From a virus (Duplodnaviria; Caudoviricetes), in IMG/VR virus record IMGVR_UViG_3300008262_000102, positions 1-59,649 of that record: 59,649 nt of DNA; one strand, written 5' to 3'. Positions 39,679 to 47,374 of this stretch are shown one piece after another; the first letter of the stretch is position 1; each line of letters begins with the position of its first letter. The position numbers and the translations under genes are program-made. The notes beneath the pieces are model-generated. The model was not told where the DNA came from. It was given only the letters and a program-made list of their open reading frames with translations, and searched no databases.

Positions 39679-40246
39679 ATTCTATATCTGCTGCTAACAC
39701 AAAGCGATAGTGTTCGCTCTGCACTATGCCCGGGCGATGCCAGGTGTCGCTGGGATAAATGATCCAGTGGCCTTCGGCGGGTTTAATGAAATATTTTCCG
39801 TCTTGCTCTGCACCGTTGGGTGCTATCTCTGTGCCGCAATAGTCTCGATCTTTAACATCATTGGGAATATGCAGATAGTATATTCCGCTGAACATTTTAC
39901 TGTTTGGATTTTTTGGATGCCAGTGGTGATGCCATAAGTTGTCGCGATTTTCGGCACCCTGGAGATTTGTCATAAAACTCCAAGCCATCATTTCAGAGAC
40001 TTTTACTTCTCGTCCAAGATACATGAATACCGAGAACATAAAACTCATGCGGTATTTTAACCAAACAGCTTCTGGTCTAGCAAATATGTTTTCTTTGGTT
40101 TGGAATTTGGGACTATTGGTAAAGTAGTCACCATTGGTTATGATGTTAGTTACGATGCCGCAGGCAGCGATATCATCTTGCTCAGTGATGACACTGCGAA
40201 AATTAAATTTACGTACAAGTTCTGTTTGATCAACAACTGGCTGCAT
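39665..40246 (-). CDS. 2OG-Fe(II) oxygenase-like protein
   Basis: WHHH...SGIYYL...YPSDTWH...R. Confidence 0.6.
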   Translation of the reverse strand: MQPVVDQTELVRKFNFRSVITEQDDIAACGIVTNIITNGDYFTNSPKFQTKENIFARPEAVWLKYRMSFMFSVFMYLGREVKVSEMMAWSFMTNLQGAENRDNLWHHHWHPKNPNSKMFSGIYYLHIPNDVKDRDYCGTEIAPNGAEQDGKYFIKPAEGHWIIYPSDTWHRPGIVQSEHYRFVLAADIECSYS

Positions 40247-40254
40247 AGTGTCCT

Positions 40255-40328
40255 TGGAGCGGGATAAGAGAATCGAACTCTTGACCGAAGATTGGAAATC
40301 TGCTGTTTTACCATTAAACTAATCCCGC
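40255..40328 (-). tRNA. tRNA-Gly(TCC)
   Basis: Cloverleaf, loop TTTCCAA, TCCA end. Confidence 0.9.
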
Positions 40329-40352
40329 ACTATTTTACTTATCAACTGACCA

Positions 40353-40429
40353 TGGTCGGAGTACAAGGATTCGAACCTTGGACCTCCTGGTCCCAAACCA
40401 GGCGCACTACCAGGCTGTGCTACACTCCG
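40353..40429 (-). tRNA. tRNA-Pro(TGG)
   Basis: CCTGG-TTTGGGA-CCAGG, CCA. Confidence 0.9.
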
Positions 40430-40431
40430 AA

Positions 40432-40659
40432 TTATTCTACTTTTTTAAGATATTCTTTGCCTATCTTGCCTGCCTGTACGTCTAACAAGGCGCTAACAGG
40501 AGCATTGAGTTGAGTAGCATGTCCTGCTGCCTTGTGCCTACGACTAAGCTCTCTAGCTCTTACTGTAGCAATTAACACCAGATCGAATCTACTACCACCT
40601 ACTTGTTCCACACACTTTTCTGTATCTATGCCGGGACCTCGGCTGTCAGTTAGTTTCAT
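40432..40659 (-). CDS. rpoZ: RNA polymerase omega subunit
   Basis: EKCVEQVGGSRFDLVLIATVRAREL...ALLDVQAGKI; start at MKLTD because the longer ORF runs into a tRNA. Confidence 0.85.
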   Translation of the reverse strand: MKLTDSRGPGIDTEKCVEQVGGSRFDLVLIATVRARELSRRHKAAGHATQLNAPVSALLDVQAGKIGKEYLKKVE

Positions 40660-40677
40660 TTTTGCCTTTGTAAAAAC

Positions 40678-40753
40678 TGGTTGCGGGAGTCGGAGTCGAA
40701 CCGACGATCTGGAGCTTATGAGACTCCCGAGATACCACCTTCTCCATCCCGCG
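40678..40753 (-). tRNA. tRNA-Met(CAT), initiator-like (C1:A72 mismatch)
   Basis: CGCGGGA...TCCCGCA-A-CCA; loop CTCATAA. Confidence 0.85.
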
Positions 40754-40757
40754 ATAA

Positions 40758-40891
40758 CTTTATAGAGGCTCTCTGTTGGAATCGAACCAAACTGCTTAAC
40801 TCCGTATCTTCCTTGCACTTTCAGTGGGTAGTCGACTTAGCACCTACTTGTGTTCTCAAGTGTAGTTAAACTTCAAAGAGCTTTTATAAAG
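40758..40891 (-). ncRNA. candidate stem-closed ncRNA with a tRNA-type T arm
   Basis: Terminal stem UUUAUAAAAGCUCUUUG/CAGAGAGCCUCUAUAAA; UUGG-UUCGAUU-CCAA; no CCA. Confidence 0.5.
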
Positions 40892-41097
40892 TGTCTAGCT
40901 ACTCACACCACATGAGCCCTAAACTGAGCGGTTACTCTGTCCATAACATTTCTTCTTCTGGAATGGCGTTATACCACACCCTAGGCAGTTTCCAGTATCC
41001 CCCAACGGGGACTGTGAGGTCAGGTCCTAGTGTACCCCCTGTTCTCTCGTTTCAGGGACGCTATTTCGTTAACGTAGAAATAGTAAGACGGGGTCTG
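40892..41097 (-). ncRNA. candidate structured ncRNA, family unassigned
   Basis: Non-coding and GC-enriched, several hairpins (CUAUUUC/GAAAUAG, UCCCC/GGGGA). Confidence 0.35.
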
Positions 41098-41673
41098 TTA
41101 CAGCAGGCCTTCAGCTTGTAGCGTAGCCACTGTGTCGTCGCTGAGAGGAACCTCAGTCTTGATGTTTAACTCCAATACTTCGTCGTTGAGCTGTTGCTTC
41201 TGTTTCTTGAGATTCAAGATTTCTGCCTTGGCCTGCAAGATCTGATCCTTGCTTAGGATAGATGTAGATACGGTGTCAGTATAACCGTAAATGCTACGAC
41301 GGCTGGTTTCGCCTTTGTCGTTCTTGATCTTTTCCAACTTGCCTTTGATTACATCCAACGAAATCATTTCGCTGCCGTTTGCAAACTGTTCCAACTGACC
41401 AATGCGTTTATCAATAAACGCTGCCTTGGCCAATGCTGTGTTAATGCCGCTGGCTGCATTGGCTGTGCCGACCAAGGCACGGATGTTGTACAGAGCCATG
41501 ATCAGTTTCTGTCTGCGAGCATCGTTAGATACTAATTCAGAGTTGGCCTTAGTGATGGCATCTTCAACATTCTGGAACTCGTTGAGTTCGAGATTGAAAT
41601 CAATTTTGATACTTTTTACAGTATCGTTGATGCTGTTCTGTACAGCGTTGGCTTTTCTCAGTGTGATATTCAT
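41098..41673 (-). CDS. helical protein resembling the DIP1984 family
   Basis: Coiled-coil architecture ending QQLNDEVLELNIKTEV, compared with DIP1984 IQELNWTTEL (recalled, not searched). Confidence 0.5.
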   Translation of the reverse strand: MNITLRKANAVQNSINDTVKSIKIDFNLELNEFQNVEDAITKANSELVSNDARRQKLIMALYNIRALVGTANAASGINTALAKAAFIDKRIGQLEQFANGSEMISLDVIKGKLEKIKNDKGETSRRSIYGYTDTVSTSILSKDQILQAKAEILNLKKQKQQLNDEVLELNIKTEVPLSDDTVATLQAEGLL

Positions 41674-41968
41674 TTTCTTCCTTTATTCAAACAACAATGA
41701 CGGGTCAGCGAAAGGTCAAGTAATAGACCGGACAATGTACAAACGAAAGGGTTGTAATCTTTCTTGACAATGTGCAAATAACAATACACAGAGGTCCATA
41801 TATTTCCGATTAACAAATGACATTCTATTAGGGATCGGATCACATAAACACGTTCCAAGTTTCAAGTTTGGATTGTAAGTTTGGAGTAAGCATGAAGCTC
41901 ACGCCTTTTCGTCTATCCTCTTCTACCCTTCGCCTCACCGGTTGAAGCATTACTGCCCCAACAAAACT

Positions 41969-41997
41969 ATTATACAACGTTCGACTTGATATGTCAA
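41969..41997 (-). promoter_or_regulatory. sigma70-type promoter TTGACA-17-TATAAT followed by a ~290-nt untranslated leader
   Basis: Perfect consensus. Confidence 0.8.
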
Positions 41998-42013
41998 GTC
42001 TTTTTGGTAATCC

Positions 42014-42089
42014 TGGTGCCGGTTGTCGGATTCGAACTGACCACATCCGCCTTACAAGAGCGGCGCTCTACCTAATGAGCTAAACCGGC
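42014..42089 (-). tRNA. tRNA-Thr(TGT)
   Basis: CCGCT-CTTGTAA-GGCGG, CCA. Confidence 0.9.
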
Positions 42090-42142
42090 ATTAAAAATGA
42101 CATACTACTTATCCTATTATACACCATATGTCAGGGTGAATT

Positions 42143-42218
42143 TGGTGGAGGTGACAGGACTCGAACCCGCTACCTACTGCTTGCAAAGCAGCCGCTCTCC
42201 CAGCTGAGCTACACCCCC
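42143..42218 (-). tRNA. tRNA-Ala(TGC)
   Basis: G3:U70, loop TTTGCAA, CCA. Confidence 0.9.
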
Positions 42219-42228
42219 AAATAACTAA

Positions 42229-42441
42229 TTAATCTCTAGTCGACGCAGTACCAGTGGGATTCTTCTGATATCCACCCGGACCAGCAGGTCTCTTTTCACG
42301 CTTAGGCTGAATAGCAGCACACAGTTCAGCATCGATACATGCACGTTTCCACGCACCACGTTGATGTGCATCTTTGAACTTGCCTGTGGCTAAACTGATC
42401 TTAAGCAGCGAACTCATTCTATAATTTGGACCTGGTTTCAT
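42229..42441 (-). CDS. small basic hypothetical protein
   Basis: 70 aa, SD GAGGA. Confidence 0.6.
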   Translation of the reverse strand: MKPGPNYRMSSLLKISLATGKFKDAHQRGAWKRACIDAELCAAIQPKREKRPAGPGGYQKNPTGTASTRD

Positions 42442-42462
42442 ATATTTCCTCTTTTAAAAAAA

Positions 42463-42552
42463 TGGCGGAAGACCGGGGACTCGAACCCCGAAGACGTTTT
42501 AAAGCGACCGACGGTTTAGCAAACCGCTCCAATACCATTATGGGAGTCTTCC
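42463..42552 (-). tRNA. tRNA-Ser(GCT)
   Basis: Loop TTGCTAA, long variable arm, GCCA. Confidence 0.9.
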
Positions 42553-42559
42553 GTGTTGT

Positions 42560-42633
42560 TGGTACCTCGTGACAGAATTGAACTGCCGTGTCCGCTGTGT
42601 AAAAGCGGCATTCTACCATTAAATTAACGAGGC
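42560..42633 (-). tRNA. tRNA-Val(TAC)
   Basis: CCGCT-TTTACAC-AGCGG, CCA. Confidence 0.9.
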
Positions 42634-42635
42634 AA

Positions 42636-42708
42636 ACTATTCTGAAACACACTAAGTCTTAAAGTCCAACGATGAATTTACGACCAGCCTAATGTGTTTT
42701 AGAATAGT
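42636..42708 (-). ncRNA. candidate stem-closed small RNA (AACACA/UGUGUU stem family)
   Basis: ~16-bp terminal stem CUAUUCUAAAACACA/UGUGUUUCAGAAUAG. Confidence 0.45.
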
Positions 42709-43408
42709 GTTAAGACTGAGATTACATCTTAACCATAAGCACCTCTAGCATTACCGTACACCTTGCGAGCATACGTTCTCTAGACATCCACTAAGTCCAT
42801 ATCACTATGTAACCTAGTCTGCTTACAGTATCGCCGTTTTTAAAGACAGGCATTAGTCTTGTCGCTATGTGCTATTCTACACCATCTATCCCGTTAACCT
42901 TGCGAGCTATTCAGCGGCGCTAACCACTTACGAAACTTCCAGTATAAACTAATGTTACCTTGCGAGCTTCATTAGACTTGATTGTGTTGCCACTCAAGTA
43001 TTAGATACTTTTCACACATAACCGAGGCAGTCTTTGCATTTTTGTTGATAGTTGGGATCGAACCAACAGTCTATTTCTTAAAAGGAAATCGCGCTACCAT
43101 TACGCTATATCGAACCTACCGCGATGAGCTGCCTCTGTTGCTGAATAATCTTTTGAACTACCCAATACAACTCACCACATACCTTTTGCCTCGCGAGCTA
43201 CTCAGTGATGTTTCACGATCGGTGTACTGTATTACTACAGCCCACTAACCTCCACCGGTCTTATCAGTGAACGCTACCTCGCGGTAGTGAGCAGGCTTGT
43301 TTACGTGAACCATTTCTGGCGCTGGTATGTAGGCATTCCAGCTTTGGGTGTGTCGCCACACTTATTCTTCGTAGACGGCAAGCCGCCTACAGGACAATAA
43401 ACTGCCCT
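42709..43408 (-). ncRNA. large structured ncRNA, probably GOLLD RNA
   Basis: ~700 nt without a credible ORF inside a phage tRNA array; repeated GCUCGCRAGG GNRA-containing motifs (42761, 42898, 42958, 43189); 3' hairpin loop UGUAAUCUCAG complementary to internal CUGAG. Family assignment is from recalled features, not a covariance search. Confidence 0.7.
43043..43115 (-). tRNA. tRNA-Lys(TTT)-like module embedded in the large ncRNA (no CCA, bulged acceptor)
   Basis: D arm GCGU/GCGC, ATTTC-CTTTTAA-GAAAT, T arm GTTGG-TTCGATC-CCAAC. Confidence 0.7.
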
Positions 43409-43424
43409 TAAATTCTTTACCATT

Positions 43425-43579
43425 AAAAATAACATTAGACCCTATGGGATCAAGCATATTTCTGAGTGGAGTTCGATGCTCCTCATAAGCCATTGCTCAC
43501 GGTTATATCAGAAGAGTAAGATGGCCCTATTCTTCATGAGACTGTGCGTCCACAGACGATTCCCGTCAATGCTATTTTT
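43425..43579 (-). ncRNA. candidate stem-closed small RNA
   Basis: Terminal stem AAAAAUAGCAUUGAC/GUCUAAUGUUAUUUUU with internal hairpins. Confidence 0.4.
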
Positions 43580-43581
43580 AA

Positions 43582-43665
43582 TGGTGCCCCAGGAGAGACT
43601 CGAACTCTCACGCCTTGCGACATCGGCTTCTAAGACCGACGTGTCTACCATTCCACCACCGGGGC
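43582..43665 (-). tRNA. tRNA-Leu(TAG)
   Basis: Loop CTTAGAA, variable arm, CCA. Confidence 0.9.
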
Positions 43666-43682
43666 AAAATTACTAACCTAAC

Positions 43683-43694
43683 TTTTTAAAGAAC
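43683..43694 (-). promoter_or_regulatory. boxA-like Nus antitermination element
   Basis: GTTCTTTAAAAA between the promoter and tRNA-Leu/large ncRNA (rrn boxA consensus TGCTCTTTAACA). Confidence 0.5.
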
Positions 43695-43721
43695 GTTTAA
43701 CTAATTTCTTAGTATGTGTAT

Positions 43722-43750
43722 ATTGTAACATCATATTTAAATGCTGTCAA
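43722..43750 (-). promoter_or_regulatory. sigma70-type promoter TTGACA-17-TACAAT
   Basis: Near consensus. Confidence 0.75.
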
Positions 43751-43758
43751 CCTTTATC

Positions 43759-43833
43759 TGGCACCGCCTACAGGAATCGAACCCATATTCAAGAGGTAGA
43801 AGCTCTTTGTATTATCCATTATACTAAAGCGGT
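43759..43833 (-). tRNA. tRNA-Arg(TCT)
   Basis: AAGAG-CTTCTAC-CTCTT, GCCA. Confidence 0.9.
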
Positions 43834-43834
43834 A

Positions 43835-43918
43835 TGGTGCGAGAGACGGGACTCGAACCCGTATGCCTTTCGGCGGCAGATTTTAAGTCTGCTGTGTATA
43901 CCATTCCACCACTCTCGC
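43835..43918 (-). tRNA. tRNA-Leu(TAA)
   Basis: GCAGA-CTTAAAA-TCTGC, variable arm, CCA. Confidence 0.9.
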
Positions 43919-43927
43919 ATTATTCTG

Positions 43928-44152
43928 TTATCTACGTGATGCACCAATACGACTAGATTTATTCCAGTCATATGCTACACCATCAGGACATTGACCGTCC
44001 TGAATACTATCAACTCCAAACACACCACAAACTTCAAATTCAGGTCCGTTGATAGTTACAAAAATTCCTACAGTTTTGGCGAATGCCATTGCTTCGTTTA
44101 GAGTTGGGCACGAATTTAATGGTAGCCCGTTTTTGCTTATTATTTCATACAT
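43928..44152 (-). CDS. hypothetical protein (possibly leaderless)
   Basis: ATG 7 nt downstream of the -10 box. Confidence 0.6.
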   Translation of the reverse strand: MYEIISKNGLPLNSCPTLNEAMAFAKTVGIFVTINGPEFEVCGVFGVDSIQDGQCPDGVAYDWNKSSRIGASRR

Positions 44153-44158
44153 GCGTGT

Positions 44159-44187
44159 ATTATACATTCTGTTGCTGATGTTGTCAA
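44159..44187 (-). promoter_or_regulatory. sigma70-type promoter TTGACA-17-TATAAT
   Basis: Perfect consensus. Confidence 0.8.
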
Positions 44188-44199
44188 CAACTATTTTAT

Positions 44200-44275
44200 T
44201 GGTGCCGCCCCTAGGGATCGAACCTAGTTCCTCGGTGCTTCAAACCGGTGCAATGACCACATTTGCTAAAGCGGC
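44200..44275 (-). tRNA. tRNA-Phe(GAA)
   Basis: Loop TTGAAGC, CCA. Confidence 0.85.
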
Positions 44276-44278
44276 GTT

Positions 44279-45322
44279 TTAATTGATCCAATCGACCATT
44301 TCAGCCATTCGTCTACGATATTCCGAAACAAATGGTTCTTTAACATAGGGTATGTATGGGTTGGTCTGTACAAAGTTATAATCGTGTTGCATTCTGTAAC
44401 ACATTCTGTTTGTTATACCACCCAATCTTCTATGTAACGTAATAGAATTATCAAATAAACATAAGTCTGTATCTGATTGATACCAATGATCATACATGTA
44501 TTTTTCTACAAATAATTCATTTTGTATTTTATCTAATAATTTTTTAGATTCTATATCAGACATTCCTTCGATCTTACTAATCGTGTTCACACTTATATGC
44601 AGTCCTTTGTGTCCCCCAGGACTGGTTACGATCAACGGGATTCTCGAATCGTCTACTGGACACATATTTTTCTGCATTATAGAATCTTGTTCTTCTATAA
44701 GTCCGGGATTTATTCTTCCTGGAGTGAACCGGTGAAGCAGTACCATTTCATCTAGCTCACTTCTAAAACTCTCACTTAATGATTCATAATAATCAACCGT
44801 GGTCAAAAAGCCAGTGGCACTTCCTACTACACCCGATCTACCTAACAGCGACACTCCGGGAGTAAAACACAAATCTCCCGATTCGTTGCTATGCCACAGT
44901 AACTCTCCTTCGGCAAACATTCCCAAAGGGTCACCGCTGGGATCTTTCATTCCAGTGACCTTCATTATAGAAGTTGGCTTTCCGTCTTCGATGAGCATGA
45001 GTTTACTGGCAGATCTTAAAAATTTCTTATCATCATCATCTATGACGTTGGAATTTTCTAAAACTTTTTGAAAAATTTCACCTACGGAAACTCCATACTT
45101 TTTTTGTAATCTGTGCGCTTGATTTGTTCTCGGTAGCCCCAGTTTAAAAATTAATTCTTCGTACCTAAACGTGTTTAGATTTGTATTTCTTATAATAGTT
45201 ACTAATTTTTCTAGGTGCAATTTTCCTATCTCTTGCCATTCTTCGTTGGTTATATTATCAAAGTCAACATCGTCGATGAAGACCCCAAATCTCCCCAACC
45301 CTGGTATTTTACTAATTTTCAT
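44279..45322 (-). CDS. TauD/TfdA-family 2OG-Fe(II) dioxygenase
   Basis: LWHSNE, DHWYQSDTDLCLFDNSITLHRR...R. Confidence 0.8.
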   Translation of the reverse strand: MKISKIPGLGRFGVFIDDVDFDNITNEEWQEIGKLHLEKLVTIIRNTNLNTFRYEELIFKLGLPRTNQAHRLQKKYGVSVGEIFQKVLENSNVIDDDDKKFLRSASKLMLIEDGKPTSIMKVTGMKDPSGDPLGMFAEGELLWHSNESGDLCFTPGVSLLGRSGVVGSATGFLTTVDYYESLSESFRSELDEMVLLHRFTPGRINPGLIEEQDSIMQKNMCPVDDSRIPLIVTSPGGHKGLHISVNTISKIEGMSDIESKKLLDKIQNELFVEKYMYDHWYQSDTDLCLFDNSITLHRRLGGITNRMCYRMQHDYNFVQTNPYIPYVKEPFVSEYRRRMAEMVDWIN

Positions 45323-45370
45323 ATAATTCCCTCTCCATATTTATTAATTGAAATATCAGCGGGATAGACA

Positions 45371-46816
45371 TTAACAATTTTTCAAATGTTTTTTATATTC
45401 AAGTATCTTATTTTGAATTTTAACATGCACATCGGGATTATGTATTAAATCGATTAATCTTGTATTGAGAAGGTCTTTCCATGAACCAAGTCCCATTGCA
45501 GCACAATCCATTAGAGGCCAGCTATGGGCTGTGTTGCTTCTTTCTGTATTGAACTCTTTTGCTATGTTAGAGGCATCGTCAAAATTAGTCCAATCATTGG
45601 TCCAGCTATAGTTATTTCCTCTATCTAATCGATATCCATATTTTTCATAGTTCTTGTCGATGTCACTTTGATATCTCATTTTTGTTCGTATAAACAAAGG
45701 ACTCCAAATGGTGTTGAAATCATATTCTTGACACCATTCAAAACTTTTCCTACAACTATCAATAGTTTCATGCGGCAATCCAACAATAAACGAACAGATA
45801 AAATTAGAGCCATTGTCGGGATTGAAATGACTTTCTTTTAATTCTATAAGAAATTCTTTTATTTTTTCGCTATGAAAACCTTTTCCGACTGCTTTTGCAG
45901 ATTCTAGATTTAGACTTTCTACTCCAAAAAAACCGCTGCGTAATCCCATTTCTTTAAGCAAAGTGATTTGATCTCTATGTGCATGAAGCAGATCTAATCT
46001 AAGATAGGTTATAAAGTTTACCTTAAATGGCAAACTTGTAATAACTCTGTGTATCTTTTCTAGCTTTTCTGTACTGTCATTAAATGTGTCATCACAGAAA
46101 GTGTAATTGGTTACTCCAAATTTTTCATAATTTCTTATAAATTCTTCTCTTAAAAATTCATAGTCACGAATGTAATCTAATTTCTTTTTACCTGTTAACT
46201 GAAAATTGCAAAACTTACATTTGAAAATGCAACCTCTGCTAATTTCTATAGGTAACGTTTCTCCTGGAAAAATAACATCGTTATCTTCCCATTGATGTTT
46301 AAGATGCTCGATGTCTACAGGATAGTGTTCACCTTCTATAATTTTTGTACCCAGAGAAATATTCCAAATTGGTTTTTTCTTACCCACCAATGACAGAGCG
46401 TACTCTATTACAGAATTATCTGAGTATCCATGAAATACCGCATCAAAAATAGGATCTCCTATTTCTTGATGACTGTGTGCTCCACCTGAGATAAATTGAA
46501 TCTTTGGATGTAAAGATTTTATCTGTTTTAACACTTCTTTTAACGAGGCCGGCGTCCCTTCGCTAAACGTAGCATGCATCTGTGTCACATCTACGTGTTG
46601 AAAAAAGGTAGTGCTAACTCCGATGATCTTTGTATTATCTCCGATGAACAACTCGATGGTTTCTAACAGTTCATTGTTTGAAAAACTGTTTACCATAGGG
46701 ATAACTTGTACTGAAAACCCATTTCTTCTTAACGAGTCTGCTATTCTGTAAGGCCCTATTGTTTTAGCGAATGGCGCGACAGATAGATGAGTTAATAATA
46801 TCACATCATATTTCAT
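45371..46816 (-). CDS. cobalamin-dependent radical SAM protein (paralog of 23254)
   Basis: EISRGCIFKCKFC, DDTFND, IVGLPHET. Confidence 0.85.
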   Translation of the reverse strand: MKYDVILLTHLSVAPFAKTIGPYRIADSLRRNGFSVQVIPMVNSFSNNELLETIELFIGDNTKIIGVSTTFFQHVDVTQMHATFSEGTPASLKEVLKQIKSLHPKIQFISGGAHSHQEIGDPIFDAVFHGYSDNSVIEYALSLVGKKKPIWNISLGTKIIEGEHYPVDIEHLKHQWEDNDVIFPGETLPIEISRGCIFKCKFCNFQLTGKKKLDYIRDYEFLREEFIRNYEKFGVTNYTFCDDTFNDSTEKLEKIHRVITSLPFKVNFITYLRLDLLHAHRDQITLLKEMGLRSGFFGVESLNLESAKAVGKGFHSEKIKEFLIELKESHFNPDNGSNFICSFIVGLPHETIDSCRKSFEWCQEYDFNTIWSPLFIRTKMRYQSDIDKNYEKYGYRLDRGNNYSWTNDWTNFDDASNIAKEFNTERSNTAHSWPLMDCAAMGLGSWKDLLNTRLIDLIHNPDVHVKIQNKILEYKKHLKNC

Positions 46817-46870
46817 TAAAATACTTATCGCAGTTTTAACAACAGCTGTAAATTTTTAAAAGTAACATAC

Positions 46871-46971
46871 ATATCTAAACACACAAGCCACCGTCACTCT
46901 TTCAAGTATCGACAATGCCGCAGGCCAAGCCCTAAGAGTTACACTCGTTCTTTCACTGGTGTGTTTAGATA
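46871..46971 (-). ncRNA. candidate stem-closed small RNA (AACACAC/GUGUGUU stem family)
   Basis: Perfect 14-bp terminal stem AUAUCUAAACACAC/GUGUGUUUAGAUAU directly after the tRNA-Val CCA. Confidence 0.5.
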
Positions 46972-47045
46972 TGGTAGTTCCTACAAGAATTGAACTTGTG
47001 TCTTTACCATGTCAAAGTAATGTTCTACCATTAAACTAAGGAACT
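46972..47045 (-). tRNA. tRNA-Val(GAC)
   Basis: Loop TTGACAT, CCA. Confidence 0.9.
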
Positions 47046-47050
47046 ATACT

Positions 47051-47124
47051 TGGGGTGAAGCCGGGAATCGAACCCTGTCAAACTGATTCACAGTCAGTTA
47101 TGCAACCACTACATCAGCAACACC
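47051..47124 (-). tRNA. tRNA-His(GTG)
   Basis: ACTGA-CTGTGAA-TCAGT; G-1:C73; two U.U mismatches in the acceptor. Confidence 0.85.
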
Positions 47125-47130
47125 ATTGAT

Positions 47131-47205
47131 TGGTACCCCTGGATGGAATCGAACCACCGTCCCCACGTTCGTAGCATGGTATCCTATCCGTTGAACGACA
47201 GAGGT
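47131..47205 (-). tRNA. tRNA-Arg(ACG)
   Basis: Loop CTACGAA, CCA. Confidence 0.9.
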
Positions 47206-47210
47206 AAACT

Positions 47211-47285
47211 TGGCCGGGCTTGAGAGGATCGAACTCCCACCGTCGGTTTCGAAGACCGAAATGATATCCATTTCACCAAAGCCCG
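47211..47285 (-). tRNA. tRNA-Arg(TCG)
   Basis: TCGGT-CTTCGAA-ACCGA, GCCA. Confidence 0.9.
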
Positions 47286-47290
47286 ATATA

Positions 47291-47364
47291 TGGCAGGCGT
47301 GCTAGGGCTCGAACCTAGAATAACAGAGTCAAAGTCTGTGGTGTTACCATTACACTACACGCCA
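47291..47364 (-). tRNA. tRNA-Gln(TTG)
   Basis: ACAGA-CTTTGAC-TCTGT, GCCA. Confidence 0.9.
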
Positions 47365-47374
47365 ACATATTGAA

